Shown: positions 23,399 to 37,463, counted from the first letter of the whole stretch. The stretch: 63,051 nucleotides of DNA, filler included, from Octopus bimaculoides (GCF_001194135.2; 5 parts of 4 records of this genome joined end to end with filler, not necessarily neighbours in it), one strand, 5' to 3'. Program-made: numbers and translations. The notes: generated from the letters alone by a model not told the origin.

Positions 23399-23837
23399 CA
23401 AATGAAAGACAGAAGATGGAATATTTGTATGTATATATGCATACATGCATGTATGCATGCGTTCATACATACATACATGCATACATGCATACATACATAC
23501 GCACATATATAAAAGTATAAAGGTATTCTGTGGTTATGAAGTTCTCCGTTCCGCTACATGGTTTCGGGTTCAGTGCTAGTTGCTTTGTACTCCCCAACCC
23601 TATGTCTTTTGAATAAATTCGGTAGATGGCGACTGCGTAGAGCCCCATCGCATGAATGTGTGTACGTGTTAGTGTTTGTCTCCAACCGCTCCACACTTGG
23701 TTGTTTTATGCCATCCTATCTTGGCGGTTCAGTAAATAGAGAGGATAGAATAAGCACTTGGGTCGATTACAACAACTAAACACTTCAAGGCCGTGACTCG
23801 TCATATCTGCTTTACAATAACTGAAATAAGTTAAAAA

Positions 23838-23872
<35 letters not shown>

Positions 23873-24664
23873 CACGCGCACCGAAACACGCGCACTCACG
23901 CACACATACACGCACATACACACACAAACTCATATATTTATATCTATGTATAATACTAACATAACATACACACACACACATAAGTAATGACACTTGGCAA
24001 AAGTAACGGATTGTGTAATCTACAGTTGAAGGTTACGTAATATTGTAATCACGGTGGCTGCGATTCACTTTGGTTGCTACAGAACAGTTAGCATCACAAG
24101 TATCATAACATTCACCATTATCATCTCCGCTACACTCAGTATTGTCATCATAAAAACATCAATTAGTATTTAAAAGATATAGTTGTCATAAAATCTTGAA
24201 ATTAATTCTTACAGTTTTTAACATGTCCATTTCTGCTAAAGAGTACAGCTAAGACTGCCAAATTTTGCCACGTCGTATTGTATTACGCAAATAAACGCCT
24301 ATACACACACAAATGAATACATTTGCACACATGTATCTATATGCACATACCCGTACGTAATTACATCATTCATAGTGTAACATTCATGCGCAAAACCTGT
24401 GTAATACATTAGGTTTTGTTGTGTGTTACGTCATCAGTGGCCATAGCATTGCATACTGCATTCTGTGCTGAAGATGTATACCACCTTGTGATAGTTACAT
24501 TAGCTCAACACAAGCACAAAATGGAAAAGAAAAATGACATTGCGTCAATCATAATAGTTTTTCATAACATAAGGGAAATTTCCTTTTTCCACACACGCGT
24601 GAGTTCGGGAGCGCACGCGCACAGCGGTCTACATATAAATACGCGCGAGCGCGCGTGAGTGTGT

Positions 24665-24695
<31 letters not shown>

Positions 24696-26145
24696 CGTGC
24701 AAGTATGTGTGTATATGATACGATTTATATCTGCAGTATTTGTAATATTTTCCTTTTTATCTACACACACATACACAGACAGACACAGATACACCCATTC
24801 ATACACATACATACACTTTCATATATATATATATATATATGAAAGTGTATGTATGTGTATGAATGTGTGTATCTGTGTCTGTCTGTGTACTACCTCTGGT
24901 ATATANNNNNNNNNNNNNNNNNNNNNNNNNNNNNNNNNNNNNNNNNNNNNNNNNNNNNNNNNNNNNNNNNNNNNNNNNNNNNNNNNNNNNNNNNNNNNNN
25001 NNNNNNNNNNNNNNNNNNNNNNNNNNNNNNNNNNNNNNNNNNNNNNNNNNNNNNNNNNNNNNNNNNNNNNNNNNNNNNNNNNNNNNNNNNNNNNNNNNNN
25101 NNNNNNNNNNNNNNNNNNNNNNNNNNNNNNNNNNNNNNNNNNNNNNNNNNNNNNNNNNNNNNNNNNNNNNNNNNNNNNNNNNNNNNNNNNNNNNNNNNNN
25201 NNNNNNNNNNNNNNNNNNNNNNNNNNNNNNNNNNNNNNNNNNNNNNNNNNNNNNNNNNNNNNNNNNNNNNNNNNNNNNNNNNNNNNNNNNNNNNNNNNNN
25301 NNNNNNNNNNNNNNNNNNNNNNNNNNNNNNNNNNNNNNNNNNNNNNNNNNNNNNNNNNNNNNNNNNNNNNNNNNNNNNNNNNNNNNNNNNNNNNNNNNNN
25401 NNNNNNNNNNNNNNNNNNNNNNNNNNNNNNNNNNNNNNNNNNNNNNNNNNNNNNNNNNNNNNNNNNNNNNNNNNNNNNNNNNNNNNNNNNNNNNNNNNNN
25501 NNNNNNNNNNNNNNNNNNNNNNNNNNNNNNNNNNNNNNNNNNNNNNNNNNNNNNNNNNNNNNNNNNNNNNNNNNNNNNNNNNNNNNNNNNNNNNNNNNNN
25601 NNNNNNNNNNNNNNNNNNNNNNNNNNNNNNNNNNNNNNNNNNNNNNNNNNNNNNNNNNNNNNNNNNNNNNNNNNNNNNNNNNNNNNNNNNNNNNNNNNNN
25701 NNNNNNNNNNNNNNNNNNNNNNNNNNNNNNNNNNNNNNNNNNNNNNNNNNNNNNNNNNNNNNNNNNNNNNNNNNNNNNNNNNNNNNNNNNNNNNNNNNNN
25801 NNNNNNNNNNNNNNNNNNNNNNNNNNNNNNNNNNNNNNNNNNNNNNNNNNNNNNNNATATATATATATATATATATATACGTGAATGTGTGTGTATATTT
25901 GTGTGTGTGTGTGTGTTTGCTTTTGACCCATCTATCACTTGACAACCGATGTCGGTGTGTTTACGTCACCATAATCTAGCGGATCAGCAAAGGATACCGA
26001 TAGAATAGGTACTAGGCTTACAAAGAATAAGTCCTGGGGTCGATTTGTTCGACTAAAGGCGGTGCTCCAGCAAATGACTGAAACAAGTAAATGAATAAAA
26101 GAATACATATATATATATATATATATGTACATACATATATAGACA

Positions 26146-26204
<59 letters not shown>

Positions 26205-26231
26205 TTATATATAACGTATAAATACATATAA

Positions 26232-26292
<61 letters not shown>

Positions 26293-26451
26293 CTCTATCT
26301 ATCTATCTATCTAGGCATACATCCAATATTTAGAAGCTATTATTCATAATACCAATTCAAGAAAAGAATTATTCCACATACTCTATTAATAAATATTTAT
26401 GACATTGACAAGATATATGTATAATTACATAAATGTATATGTATATGTATG

Positions 26452-26485
<34 letters not shown>

Positions 26486-26539
26486 TGTATGTATGTATGT
26501 ATGTATGTATGTATGTATGTACGTATGTATGTATAGACG

Positions 26540-26945
26540 CAGGCATGGCTGTATGGTAAGACCTGTGTGGCACCTTGAGCAACTGCCTTCTACTAAAGCC
26601 TCAATCCAACCTAAGCCTTACGAGTGGATTTGGGAGACGGAAACTGAAAGGAACCCATCATATAAATAAATAAATATATACATGTACACACACACACACA
26701 TATTTATATATATACACATGTATATATTTATGTGTGTGTCTTTGTGTCTGTGTTTGTCCCCCACCGTCGCTTGACAACCGATGCTGGTGTGTTTACGTTC
26801 CCGTAATCTAAGGGTTCGCGTATAGAGAATGATAAAGGCTTAGAAAGAATAAATGCCGAGTTTATTTCTTTGTCTAAAAACCCTTTAAGGCGGTGCTCCA
26901 GCATGGCAGCAGTCAAATGGCAGAAGTAAGTAAAAGAATAAAAGA
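26540..26945 (+). mobile_element. Family-B SINE. Other copies/halves, approximate: 7845-8000(-), 23550-23800(+), 25890-26105(+), 28605-28920(-), 38980-39190(+), 46535-46800(+), 48600-48720(-), 48745-48920(+), 54560-54930(+), 59050-59415(+), 61860-62200(-)
   Basis: Similarity by eye to 15706-16168. Confidence 0.8.
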
Positions 26946-26965
26946 ATATATATGTATGCAACCCA

Positions 26966-27073
<108 letters not shown>

Positions 27074-27460
27074 NNNNNNNNNNNNNNNNNNNNNNNNNNN
27101 NNNNNNNNNNNNNNNNNNNNNNNNNNNNNNNNNNNNNNNNNNNNNNNNNNNNNNNNNNNNNNNNNNNNNNNNNNNNNNNNNNNNNNNNNNNNNNNNNNNN
27201 NNNNNNNNNNNNNNNNNNNNNNNNNNNNNNNNNNNNNNNNNNNNNNNNNNNNNNNNNNNNNNNNNNNNNNNNNNNNNNNNNNNNNNNNNNNNNNNNNNNN
27301 NNNNNNNNNNNNNNNNNNNNNNNNNNNNNNNNNNNNNNNNNNNNNNNNNNNNNNNNNNNNNNNNNNNNNNNNNNNNNNNNNNNNNNNNNNNNNNNNNNNN
27401 NNNNNNNNNNNNNNNNNNNNNNNNNNNNNNNNNNNNNNNNNNNNNNNNNNNNNNNNNNNN

Positions 27461-27510
<50 letters not shown>

Positions 27511-27954
27511 TATATGAAATAGACTATAAGCGCACATAATTAGTCACACTCAGGACTGACTGTTTGAAATATGTTTATTCGCATTTCCTGGTAATAAATT
27601 GTATATCAGAAGTCTTTTCAAGAGAGAAATGCCACCACCCAGGAATCACAAATACACTTAAACAGGTGCGTTCGCGCTCAAACACGCACTCACAATTACA
27701 CACACATGCACACACATATACACACACATACAATTGTTCGTACGCGTATGCACATGTTTAATTCGAATAAGGAAGATATATAATGCAAAGGAATGTTTAA
27801 TAGGTTTGACGAGGTGGACATGACCTACATCCACAAAACTAAGTGAAGGCGAGTCAAACTTATTAAAGCATGTAACTCTGTATGTATGTATGTATGTATG
27901 TATGTATGTATGTATGTATGTATGTATGTATGTCTCTCTCCGGCACATGGGATG

Positions 27955-28084
27955 CACCATTTTGAGCGTGGCCGTTGCCAGTACCGCCTGACTGGCCTTC
28001 ATAGGATTTTCGTGCGAGATCGTTGCCAGTGCCCCTGGACTGGCTCTTGTGTGGGTGGCACATAAAAGACACCATTTTGAGCGT
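27955..28084 (+). repeat. Tandem repeat unit of ~115 bp running into a gap (probably a collapsed array)
   Basis: CACCATTTTGAGCGT at 27955-27969 and 28070-28084, with an internal GTTGCCAGT(A/G)CC repeat. Confidence 0.7.
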
Positions 28085-29286
28085 NNNNNNNNNNNNNNNN
28101 NNNNNNNNNNNNNNNNNNNNNNNNNNNNNNNNNNNNNNNNNNNNNNNNNNNNNNNNNNNNNNNNNNNNNNNNNNNNNNNNNNNNNNNNNNNNNNNNNNNN
28201 NNNNNNNNNNNNNNNNNNNNNNNNNNNNNNNNNNNNNNNNNNNNNNNNNNNNNNNNNNNNNNNNNNNNNNNNNNNNNNNNNNNNNNNNNNNNNNNNNNNN
28301 NNNNNNNNNNNNNNNNNNNNNNNNNNNNNNNNNNNNNNNNNNNNNNNNNNNNNNNNNNNNNNNNNNNNNNNNNNNNNNNNNNNNNNNNNNNNNNNNNNNN
28401 NNNNNNNNNNNNNNNNNNNNNNNNNNNNNNNNNNNNNNNNNNATTTTGGCAAATTAAATTTAAATGTTGAAGTGAATCTAACGTTTTGTGTGTTTTAAAT
28501 GGCTTATAAACACCTTCCACGCTGCAATTGTTTTCGTTCCAGCACACGATCTCAGATCAGGTCACTTGGTATGCAAGTACATCTCCATAATATACTTACT
28601 TATTTGTTTCAGTCATTTGACTGCGGCCTAGTACTTATTCTATCGGGGCTCTTTTGCCGAACCGCTAAGTGACGGGGACATAATCACACCAGCATCGGTT
28701 GTCAAGCAATGCTAGGGGGACAAACACAGACACACACACACATATATATATATATACATATATACGACGGGCTTCTTTCAGTTTCCGTCTACCAAATCCA
28801 CTCACAAGGCTTTAATCGGCCCGAGGCTATAGTAGAAGACACTTGCCCAAGGTGCCACGCAGTGGGATGAACCCGGAATCATGTGGTTGGTAAGCAAGCT
28901 ACTTACCACACGGCCACTCCTTACATATATATTATACCCTTTACTTGTTTCAGTAATCAGACTGCAGCCATGCTGATAGCAGCTTGAAGAATGTGAGTCG
29001 AACAATTTGACCCTAGTAGTTATTTTTAAAAAGTCTGGCACTTATTCTATTGGTTTTAGCACAAGGCCAGTAATTTTGAAGAGGGCTACGTCGATTGCAT
29101 CAATCCCAGTGTTCAACTGGTACTTATTTAATTGTCCCCGCAAAGTCGACCTCGGCGGAATTTGAACTGAGAACGTAAAGACGGTTACAGGGACATAAAC
29201 ACGCCAACATCGGTTTTTAAACGGTGATGGAACACACACACACACACACACTGAGATATCTTGCTATGCTCATATATATATATATA

Positions 29287-29386
29287 NNNNNNNNNNNNNN
29301 NNNNNNNNNNNNNNNNNNNNNNNNNNNNNNTTAATTAATTAANNNNNNNNNNNNNNNNNNNNNNNNNNNNNNNNNNNNNNNNNNNN
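29287..29386. other. Artificial scaffold-join spacer
   Basis: Same pattern. Confidence 0.95.
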
Positions 29387-29424
<38 letters not shown>

Positions 29425-29785
29425 ATAATACAAATAGTATGTGAGTATAAGCATATATACGTACATGTATGTACATACCTACATCTACATGTATATATAG
29501 ATGCATATCTGGGTAGTATTAGGTGTGATGTACAGAAATTGAATAATGAGAAAAAATGTCATCAGAATTATTTTGAAAAAAAAAAATCCTTTTATTTCTT
29601 CATTATTATTAGCGCTTTCGTTCCTTTCTCGAACTCGTCAAATTAAATTTTGTTAATGTACAAACAGCATGTTCATTTATATAAAACATGTTTTTGGGGG
29701 GTTTTGTTTAGAAGAGAACATTGTTTTTGTCTTTTTGGGTGAGGTTCCATGACAATGAAGATGGATAGATAGAAATATAGATAGG

Positions 29786-29828
<43 letters not shown>

Positions 29829-29989
29829 GTAGATAGATAGATAGATAGATAGATAGGTAGACAAATAGTCAGGCAGATAGATAGATACGTAGAGGGAGAG
29901 CGAGAGAGAAGGGCGATCCCCTTCCTATTCACCATTCATTCATTCATCTATTTATTTAGTTATTTACCATTGTATTGGAATACAGAAAG

Positions 29990-30026
29990 TCTTTAACGTT
30001 TCGAGCTACGCTCTTCAACAGAAAGA
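29990..30026 (-). ncRNA. Minimal hammerhead-like motif, A6U core variant
   Basis: UCUUU-CUGUUGA-A-GAGC-GUA-GCUC-GAA-ACGU-U|AAAGA. Confidence 0.55.
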
Positions 30027-30367
30027 AAAGGCGAAAAACAAGGAGAAAAACACGGAGAAAAAAAAATTGAATGGTGTTTGGTCAGCGATCTATCATGGCT
30101 TTATAAATATATATACATACATATACAATTTTAGATACAAAATGGCAGATTGTTAGGAAGGAGAGACACAAAAAAGAAAGAAGAAAGCAAAGGTCACAGT
30201 AGTGTGACGAAAGAACTCTGGCCGAAATACAATTAATATGAAATAAGCTGAAGCAAGTGAACACCAAATATATAGTGCATGTGTTTTCATTGGGTAAATT
30301 GGCAACATGACCATCCCCAAATACAACAATGTATGTATATATAGGGAGAGAGAGAAAGAGAAAATGC

Positions 30368-30426
<59 letters not shown>

Positions 30427-30698
30427 TCGTGCAAGTCGAAGTAGATAAGGCTATAAATAATAACGTGTGAATATTGAGCTAAAATTCTTATGGCCCAAGG
30501 CCGGCGGTTTCGACGAAGAAGGGAAATAAATTGCATGAAACCCACTACTTGACTTACACTTTATCTTATTGACCCTGAAAAGACGAAACGCAAAGATGAC
30601 CTCCGCAGGATTTGAACTTCGAACGTAAACAAACAGTAGAAAAGCTGCTAAGCATTTTGTTTGACACGCTAACAATATGTATAAGTGTATGTGTGTGT

Positions 30699-30969
30699 AA
30701 GGTCATGAATTCGATACTCGGTAGCACATTGTGTCCTTGAGCAAGACACTTTATTTCACGTTGTTCCAGTGATTTCAGCTGGCAAAAAGGAATAGTACCT
30801 GTAATTCAAAGGATTAAGCTTGCTTCATTCTGTGCTAGCTGAATCTCCCCGAGTGCTACGTCAAAGGCACGTGTGTTTGTGGAGCACTCAATTGCACGTT
30901 AATTTCAAGAGCATGCTGTTCCGTTGATCGGATCAACAGGAACATTCGTCGTCGTAACCGACGGAGTGC
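30699..30969 (+). mobile_element. tRNA-type SINE sharing its 3' tail with family C; related 5' fragment at ~60962-61100
   Basis: GAATTCGATACTC (B-box-like), CATTGTGTCCTTGAGCAAGACACTT core, tail GCACGTTAATTTCA...GATCGGATCAAC.GGAAC..TCGTCGTCGTAACCGACGGAGTGC. Confidence 0.75.
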
Positions 30970-32060
30970 TAATTATTGAGCAGGACAGAACACATTTCAA
31001 TGCAGTCTATACATATAGAGTAATCTCTTTTTGTTTAGATTCGTTAAAGCTTTGATGAATATTGAGCCAATATTTCTTCCAGTTATATATCAAATCAAGA
31101 GAAAGAGAAACACATCGAACTTTACCCTACTTTCTCATATTTACTTTGTTTAAAGTATATACGTATCGATATTAAAAATGATTTTTCTGTTTCTTTCAAA
31201 TATTTTCTCTAATTATTGTTGCTGTTCTCATTAAATGCTTTCTGAATGGAAACTTTCGTTGTCTTTTATCGTAAAATTCACACTGGATGAACAGATTTGA
31301 TTGTTTACAACTGAATTCACTGAAGAAAATCAAATGAAATCAAATAATGATTGATTGATTTTTAAATGTTTCACTGAGATGAATCATATCATCGCCACTA
31401 GCATAAGTACTACAAGCAGCGCCACCAGCGGTACCAGCAGAACCAACACCACTACGACCATATTAGCACTACCACTATCATCAGCATAACATTATGAATA
31501 TCCTCTTTCACCACCACCACCACCTCTACTTCTTCCTTTCCCTACACCTCCTCTTCATCATTATCATCACCATCATCATTCCAAGATCTATCTTGCTATA
31601 TCACTAACTTCATATATTTGAGTTCGCGTGGTCGTTGATATACCTGCTAAAAAGTGCAACGAAATATCCCTAAAATCGGATCCCACGATTTAAAAAAATG
31701 CATTTGACAATGTAGTCTTTGATACACATTCAAAAAGTTATGATGGTCAAAGTTGGAACGCCTTTGACGATAGGATTGCTCCGAGTCTAAACAACAGCAA
31801 CTTGAGAACATGGTAAGTAGTGTTGCTTGACCAAACGTTAAGTCCGACATATTTTAAACGAGGTGTTGTTGTTACTGTTGTTGCTCTTGTTGTTGTTTAG
31901 CACTAGTCCATTCCTGATCAGACAAATCTATGATTCTAACTGGGACCATCTCGTCTTTTTAGGGCTATCGAGATTATATTAATTGTTCTGTTTTGTTGTA
32001 ACAAGCTTCAAAACATCTAGCCGTTGAGTATTTCAAAGTTAACACATTTTCCTTCTTTAG

Positions 32061-32415
32061 GACATGTGTAGAGAGGATCTTTTCTGAGAAATTTCGACTC
32101 CTCAGAATATGAGGAAGAAGCTTCACGATCAATTTGATCGTTCATACATCAGGCTTCACATGCATAGTCAAAGTGTGAGCACAGGACCAAGAGAGATAGG
32201 CTTTACTGGTCGTTGCTATCGTGCCGAATAATAGGCCATATCATATGTTATATATAAGGAAACTTCTGCAACCTAATAGAGAATGAAGATCACTCAGCTA
32301 CATTGATGTTATCGGCAGACATGCATTACGTGAAATTGAGGTCTTACCAAGGTTAATGGTAGACAGAGATTTCTGGCAGAGCATTATAAGAAGCATCTCT
32401 GTTACGGCTGTTTGA
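32061..32415 (+). mobile_element. Degenerate RTE-type (RTE-X-like) LINE, 3' end of ORF2
   Basis: Fragments TCVERIF.., MRKKLHDQFDRSYIRLHMHSQ, IGFTGRCYRAE**, SYIDVIGRHALREIEVLPRLMVDRDFWQSIIRSISVTAV*. These match the recalled RTE-X C-terminal pattern (FAGHCYRA...YxDVIxRD...MxDRDFW). Confidence 0.7.
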
Positions 32416-33480
32416 AGAAGATTATATCATCTAATGTCCCCTCAGGGTGGCTAGCTGGCAAAATCATTAGCACGCCAGCCAAAAATGCTTAGCGTCATTT
32501 CGATTGTCTTTATATTCTGAGTTCAAATTCCGCCGAGGTCGACTTCGCCTTTTATTGTGGTCAATAAGATAAATACCAATTGAGCATCGGTGTCGATGCA
32601 ATCGATAGACTCCCTTCCCACACTCCAAATTTTAGACCTTGTTCCTATAATAGAAAGTATTATCTAACGTGTCCATTTTTCAAGACATTAGGGTGTGATT
32701 TGAGAGGTATTTAGCTGCAATTTCAATCAGGTCGAGACATCACGGACAGAAAACTACGTTTTCTCGTATTCTAATTTAATTCTGGATTATCCCTGATCGA
32801 GCATATCTATAAGCAAAGGCATGCCAGTCGCAACCATTCTGTTAATGTAAAGGCATCTAAAGTTACATTATCTAAGGTATTGTTTCTTTAAGACAACAGG
32901 GCGCGGATGGAAAAAGATTTAGCTGCTATTTCTAGTAGATCAAAAAGAGGCGTAATGAGGTTGAGGACTAACTGGTAGTTGCTACATTTATAGATTTCAC
33001 CCAAGACGTTCATGGTGCAAGTTAAATTACTTGAACAACTGGGAATCGAAACTGCATCACATACTTCTTGGTTATTTGTATTGAGGTTATTGATAGAATT
33101 AATCGAAACATAATAGCTGTGGAAATGCTTTATCAATATCCGGGTTATTGAACTTAGGGTGTCAGGGAAGCATAAACAATAGAACATTGTTGTATTTACT
33201 TTCTTGCATGTTCTGAGTTCAAATCCCACAGGGGTCGATTTTGCTTTTTTATTTATCCGTGATCTGAGAAAATAAGTTTCAGTTATGGAGAGACACACCG
33301 TATGTCTCAAACTGCATTCCCGGAAAATGTATGGTTTTTCTTGTAGAGAACTGCTGCAGCTCACAGCAATATCTACACATATACACAAAACAAGTATGCA
33401 TATATACCCACACGTGTAAAAATACATGCATCTCATCCTTGCACATCGACATTATATATTTATATGAAATTTTGAATTTA

Positions 33481-33550
33481 GTTCACGGACCCCCAATACT
33501 ACCTTTGCAGACCACCAGTAGTTCGTGAATCCCAGGTTGGGAACCACTGC
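33481..33550. mobile_element. hAT/Charlie-type MITE end fragment
   Basis: Ends GGTTGGGAACCACTG (reverse complement of CAGTGGTTCCCAACC), followed by CTCTAG, the Charlie target preference. Confidence 0.55.
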
Positions 33551-34216
33551 TCTAGTCCACAGCCGTTCTTGTATCCCCTCTTTGCCTTTTTTTGGGTACT
33601 ACAGTGGTATCGATGTACCTATTCATTGTGAATATGTTCCAGTAGATCCGAAACAGAATATACTAATCACTGTTGTATTTCATCTTCAGAGAACATCTTC
33701 TTTGAGATGATGTGTGTTCACAACACACTCTGAGACACTTTGGTTTTTCCTGGTTGTGTCTCTTTATTCGAAGCTACTCATGGAATAAAAAATTTAAACA
33801 AGAATTCAACAAATAACTTCTTTGTTTATGTGTGTTGATGTCTACCAAACCGATAATAAATCGTTATGTGCACGTAGAACAGCTAAAATCAAAGCAATGA
33901 CGTATATAGTTATTCTTAATACATTCTGGTATATTCGAACATGAATATACCAATCCCTGCTGCATTTTGTTTTCAGAGAAAACTTCTCATTTCAGTCAAA
34001 GCCAGCAATTTTAGGACGATAAGCTAAGTCGATTATATCGATATAAGTATCTGACTGGTACCATATTTTATTGATCCCGATAAGATAAAAGACAAGGTAG
34101 ATCTAGGCGGAATTTTGAGCTCAGAACGTGAAGAACAGGAAGAAATACTGAAAAACATTTGGTATGGTTTGCTAACGATCCTCTTAGCTCACCACTTTGG
34201 TAACAGTAATAATGGT

Positions 34217-34581
34217 ACATTATTTACATTTGACAGATATTTGTCCTCATCTTGTTTGTTGTTAACACAACGTTTCGGCTGATATACCCTCCAACCTTCA
34301 TCAGGTGTCTTGGGGAAATTTCGAACCTGGTTTCTCATTCCTAAGGTATTTTTCGATGTTATTATTATTGTTATTATTATTATTATTATTATTCATGTCA
34401 CTGCTTCGAATCGAACTCGGAATCTTGGGGTTAGTAGCCCGCGCTCTTAACCACTACGCCATATGAACGTTGGAGGGTATATCAGCCGAAACGTTGTTAA
34501 CAATAAACAAGATGAGGACAAACATCTGTCAAATGTAAATAATGTAAATAATGTACATAATTCATCTCTTAAATATAGAAT
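34217..34581 (-). mobile_element. Composite element: tRNA-like Pol III head + (AAT)n + hammerhead-bearing tail, with an inverted partial tail copy and a 12-bp flanking direct repeat
   Basis: A box at 34461-34451 and B box at 34418-34408 (minus strand). Inverted arms 34217-34295 and 34469-34545. AGTAATAATGGT at 34205-34216 and 34582-34593. Confidence 0.85.
34264..34309 (-). ncRNA. Minimal type-I hammerhead ribozyme
   Basis: GACAC-CUGAUGA-A-GGUUG-GAGGGUAUAU-CAGCC-GAA-ACGU-U|GUGUU. Intact core, 5-bp stems I and II, palindromic ACGU stem III, predicted GUU cleavage between 34269 and 34268. Confidence 0.75.
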
Positions 34582-35185
34582 AGTAATAATGGTGACAGGT
34601 TTTGGCACAAGGCCAGCAAGTTCGAGGTAGCGGGATAGTCGATTACATGGACCCAGTGCTCAACTGGCACTTATTTTATCGACGCCGAAAACAGGAAAGG
34701 CAAATTTGAACCCAGAACGTAAAGAACTAGATGAAATATTAAATACCGCACGGCATTGCTCGTCTTAGGTTTTAACAATTCTATCAGGTAGACATATATG
34801 TTCTTTCATTTATTTGTTATAACAATTGTTATCGATTCTCAAATTCCAAATCAGCGAGTGAAACAAAAGCGAGTGAAGCAAACCAGAACTTCTCCATGTT
34901 GGTATGTTGGAGAGGTATAGGCTATGCTAATGAATAAAGATTTCTGAGAAAGGTACAGAGCATGAAATCTTTTGGAAGTGAGAAAGGGAGAGAAGAGGTA
35001 GGAAAAAGAGGTGAGGGAAGCAAGAAGAAATAGTCGATTGAACTGATCTCAGTAAAAAAGCATGCTTATGTGTTTAAGAAATTCGACTCGTAATCACGTG
35101 GTTTCGAGTTCGATCCCTACGAGGTACCATGGACAAATGGTACCTACCATGTATTCGTTTTGACCAATGTATTATGAGGGAAATT

Positions 35186-35579
35186 GTTGTTGGTACTCTA
35201 TCGCATACGACGTCGAGGGTTCCAGTTGATCCGATCAACGGAACAGCCTGCTCGTGAAATTAACGTGCAAGTGGCTGAGCACTCCACAGACACGTGTACT
35301 CTTAACGTAGTTCTCGGGGATATTCAGCGTGACATAGAGTGTGACAAAGCTGGCCCTTTGAGTTACAGGTACAACAGAAACAGGAAGAAAGAGTGAGAGA
35401 AAGTTGTGGTGAAAGAGTACAGCAGGGTTCACCACCATCCCTTGCGGAGCCTCGTGGAGCTTTAGGTGTTTTCGCTCAATAAACACTCACAACGCCTGGT
35501 CTGGAAATCGAAACCTTGATCCTATAACTGCGAGTCCGCTGCCCTAACCACTGGGCCATTGGGCCATTGTGCCTCCACA
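35186..35579 (-). mobile_element. tRNA-derived SINE, family C; full length
   Basis: Reverse-complement match to 58573-58955; small TGGGCCAT duplication in the A-box region. Confidence 0.85.
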
Positions 35580-35923
35580 TGAGAGAAATTAGATAAAATA
35601 GTAATTTATTGTCATACTACTACTACTACTACTACAAGCATACACATACACACACACATACACACACGCACATATACAGACTCACACATGTGGGAAAGAT
35701 GCACTTATTGTGCGACAAATTTACCGTTCAGATTGCTGTTCTTTTTAGTGTTAACGTTAAACGCTCACCACTACGTGATCTCAAAATGTTTTATGAGATC
35801 TAAGAAGAGAAACAAGGTAATATAAAGAGCACATCAAAAATGAGAGTAAAAACATGGGTTTGAATTTGATATTCCTTTACTTCATCGCTTACAAGTGTTT
35901 CAATATTTGGCAATTAAGTAATG

Positions 35924-36055
35924 ATGTCACACCATAAATGCAACCCATAGGGGCAACTTCTAACTGCAGTATACAGTGTTCGAGGAGGTGTCACATTTTG
36001 ATATTTATCCTGAACTTATAAGTTGCATCTATGGATTGCACTGATGGTGTGACAT
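35924..36055. mobile_element. MITE-like element with 40-bp imperfect terminal inverted repeats
   Basis: ATGTCACACCATAAATGCAACCCATAGGGGCAACTTCTAA vs reverse complement of the right arm ATGTCACACCATCAGTGCAATCCATAGATGCAACTTATAA. Confidence 0.65.
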
Positions 36056-36199
36056 AATTAATTAATTACCGAATACTGAAACATATGTGGAAGAAGAAAT
36101 ATAATAATACCAAGTTCATGCTCTTCTCCCAATCTCTATCTCCCCATACATACACACACACACACACACACATACGCACGCACACACATATATATACAT

Positions 36200-36235
<36 letters not shown>

Positions 36236-37006
36236 CATATGTATGTATGTATCTATCTATCTATCTGGTTGTATACACGCACATATAGATGTATATATAT
36301 ATANNNNNNNNNNNNNNNNNNNNNNNNNNNNNNNNNNNNNNNNNNNNNNNNNNNNNNNNNNNNNNNNNNNNNNNNNNNNNNNNNNNNNNNNNNNNNNNNN
36401 NNNNNNNNNNNNNNNNNNNNNNNNNNNNNNNNNNNNNNNNNNNNNNNNNNNNNNNNNNNNNNNNNNNNNNNNNNNNNNNNNNNNNNNNNNNNNNNNNNNN
36501 NNNNNNNNNNNNNNNNNNNNNNNNNNNNNNNNNNNNNNNNNNNNNNNNNNNNNNNNNNNNNNNNNNNNNNNNNNNNNNNNNNNNNNNNNNNNNNNNNNNN
36601 NNNNNNNNNNNNNNNNNNNNNNNNNNNNNNNNNNNNNNNNNNNNNNNNNNNNNNNNNNNNNNNNNNNNNNNNNNNNNNNNNNNNNNNNNNNNNNNNNNNN
36701 NNNNNNNNNNNNNNNNNNNNNNNNNNNNNNNNNNNNNNNNNNNNNNNNNNNNNNNNNNNNNNNNNNNNNNNNNNNNNNNNNNNNNNNNNNNNNNNNNNNN
36801 NNNNNNNNNNNNNNNNNNNNNNNNNNNNNNNNNNNNNNNNNNNNNNNNNNNNNNNNNNNNNNNNNNNNNNNNNNNNNNNNNNNNNNNNNNNNNNNNNNNN
36901 NNNNNNNNNNNNNNNNNNNNNNNNNNNNNNNNNNNNNNNNNNNNNNNNNNNNNNNNNNNNNNNNNNNNNNNNNNNNNNNNNNNNNNNNNNNNNNNNNNNN
37001 NNNNNN

Positions 37007-37065
<59 letters not shown>

Positions 37066-37429
37066 AATGGAATGACAGAAGTAATCGAGCACCATAAATG
37101 TTTCACAAGAGCACTGAATACACGTTATGTAACATTAAAAAACGCTTTATAGCTATCCAATGTCTTTTCTCTTTGGGTACATACAACTTTTCTGTTGGAA
37201 ACTAGTTTGCTGTAACTATTGCATAATAAGCAGCATTGTTTGCTTTCGATTTGGAGTTGTATAGCATTTCTTATCTTATCGGAAGTTTTTGTTTAATTTC
37301 GATATGGGACGATCTGTATTTGATGCGTCGACAAATAAACTTTATTGATCAATTATCGTTTCCTTTGTGTTTTCTATACAAGCCTTGTTTGTTAAGCAAC
37401 TGTTTTTACTAAGATTGAATGGTTCCTGT

Positions 37430-37463
<34 letters not shown>

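Noticed and set aside
34401-34465. Functional tRNA gene
   Set aside because: A and B boxes are present but there is no acceptor-stem pairing or Pol III terminator; it is a SINE-type head.
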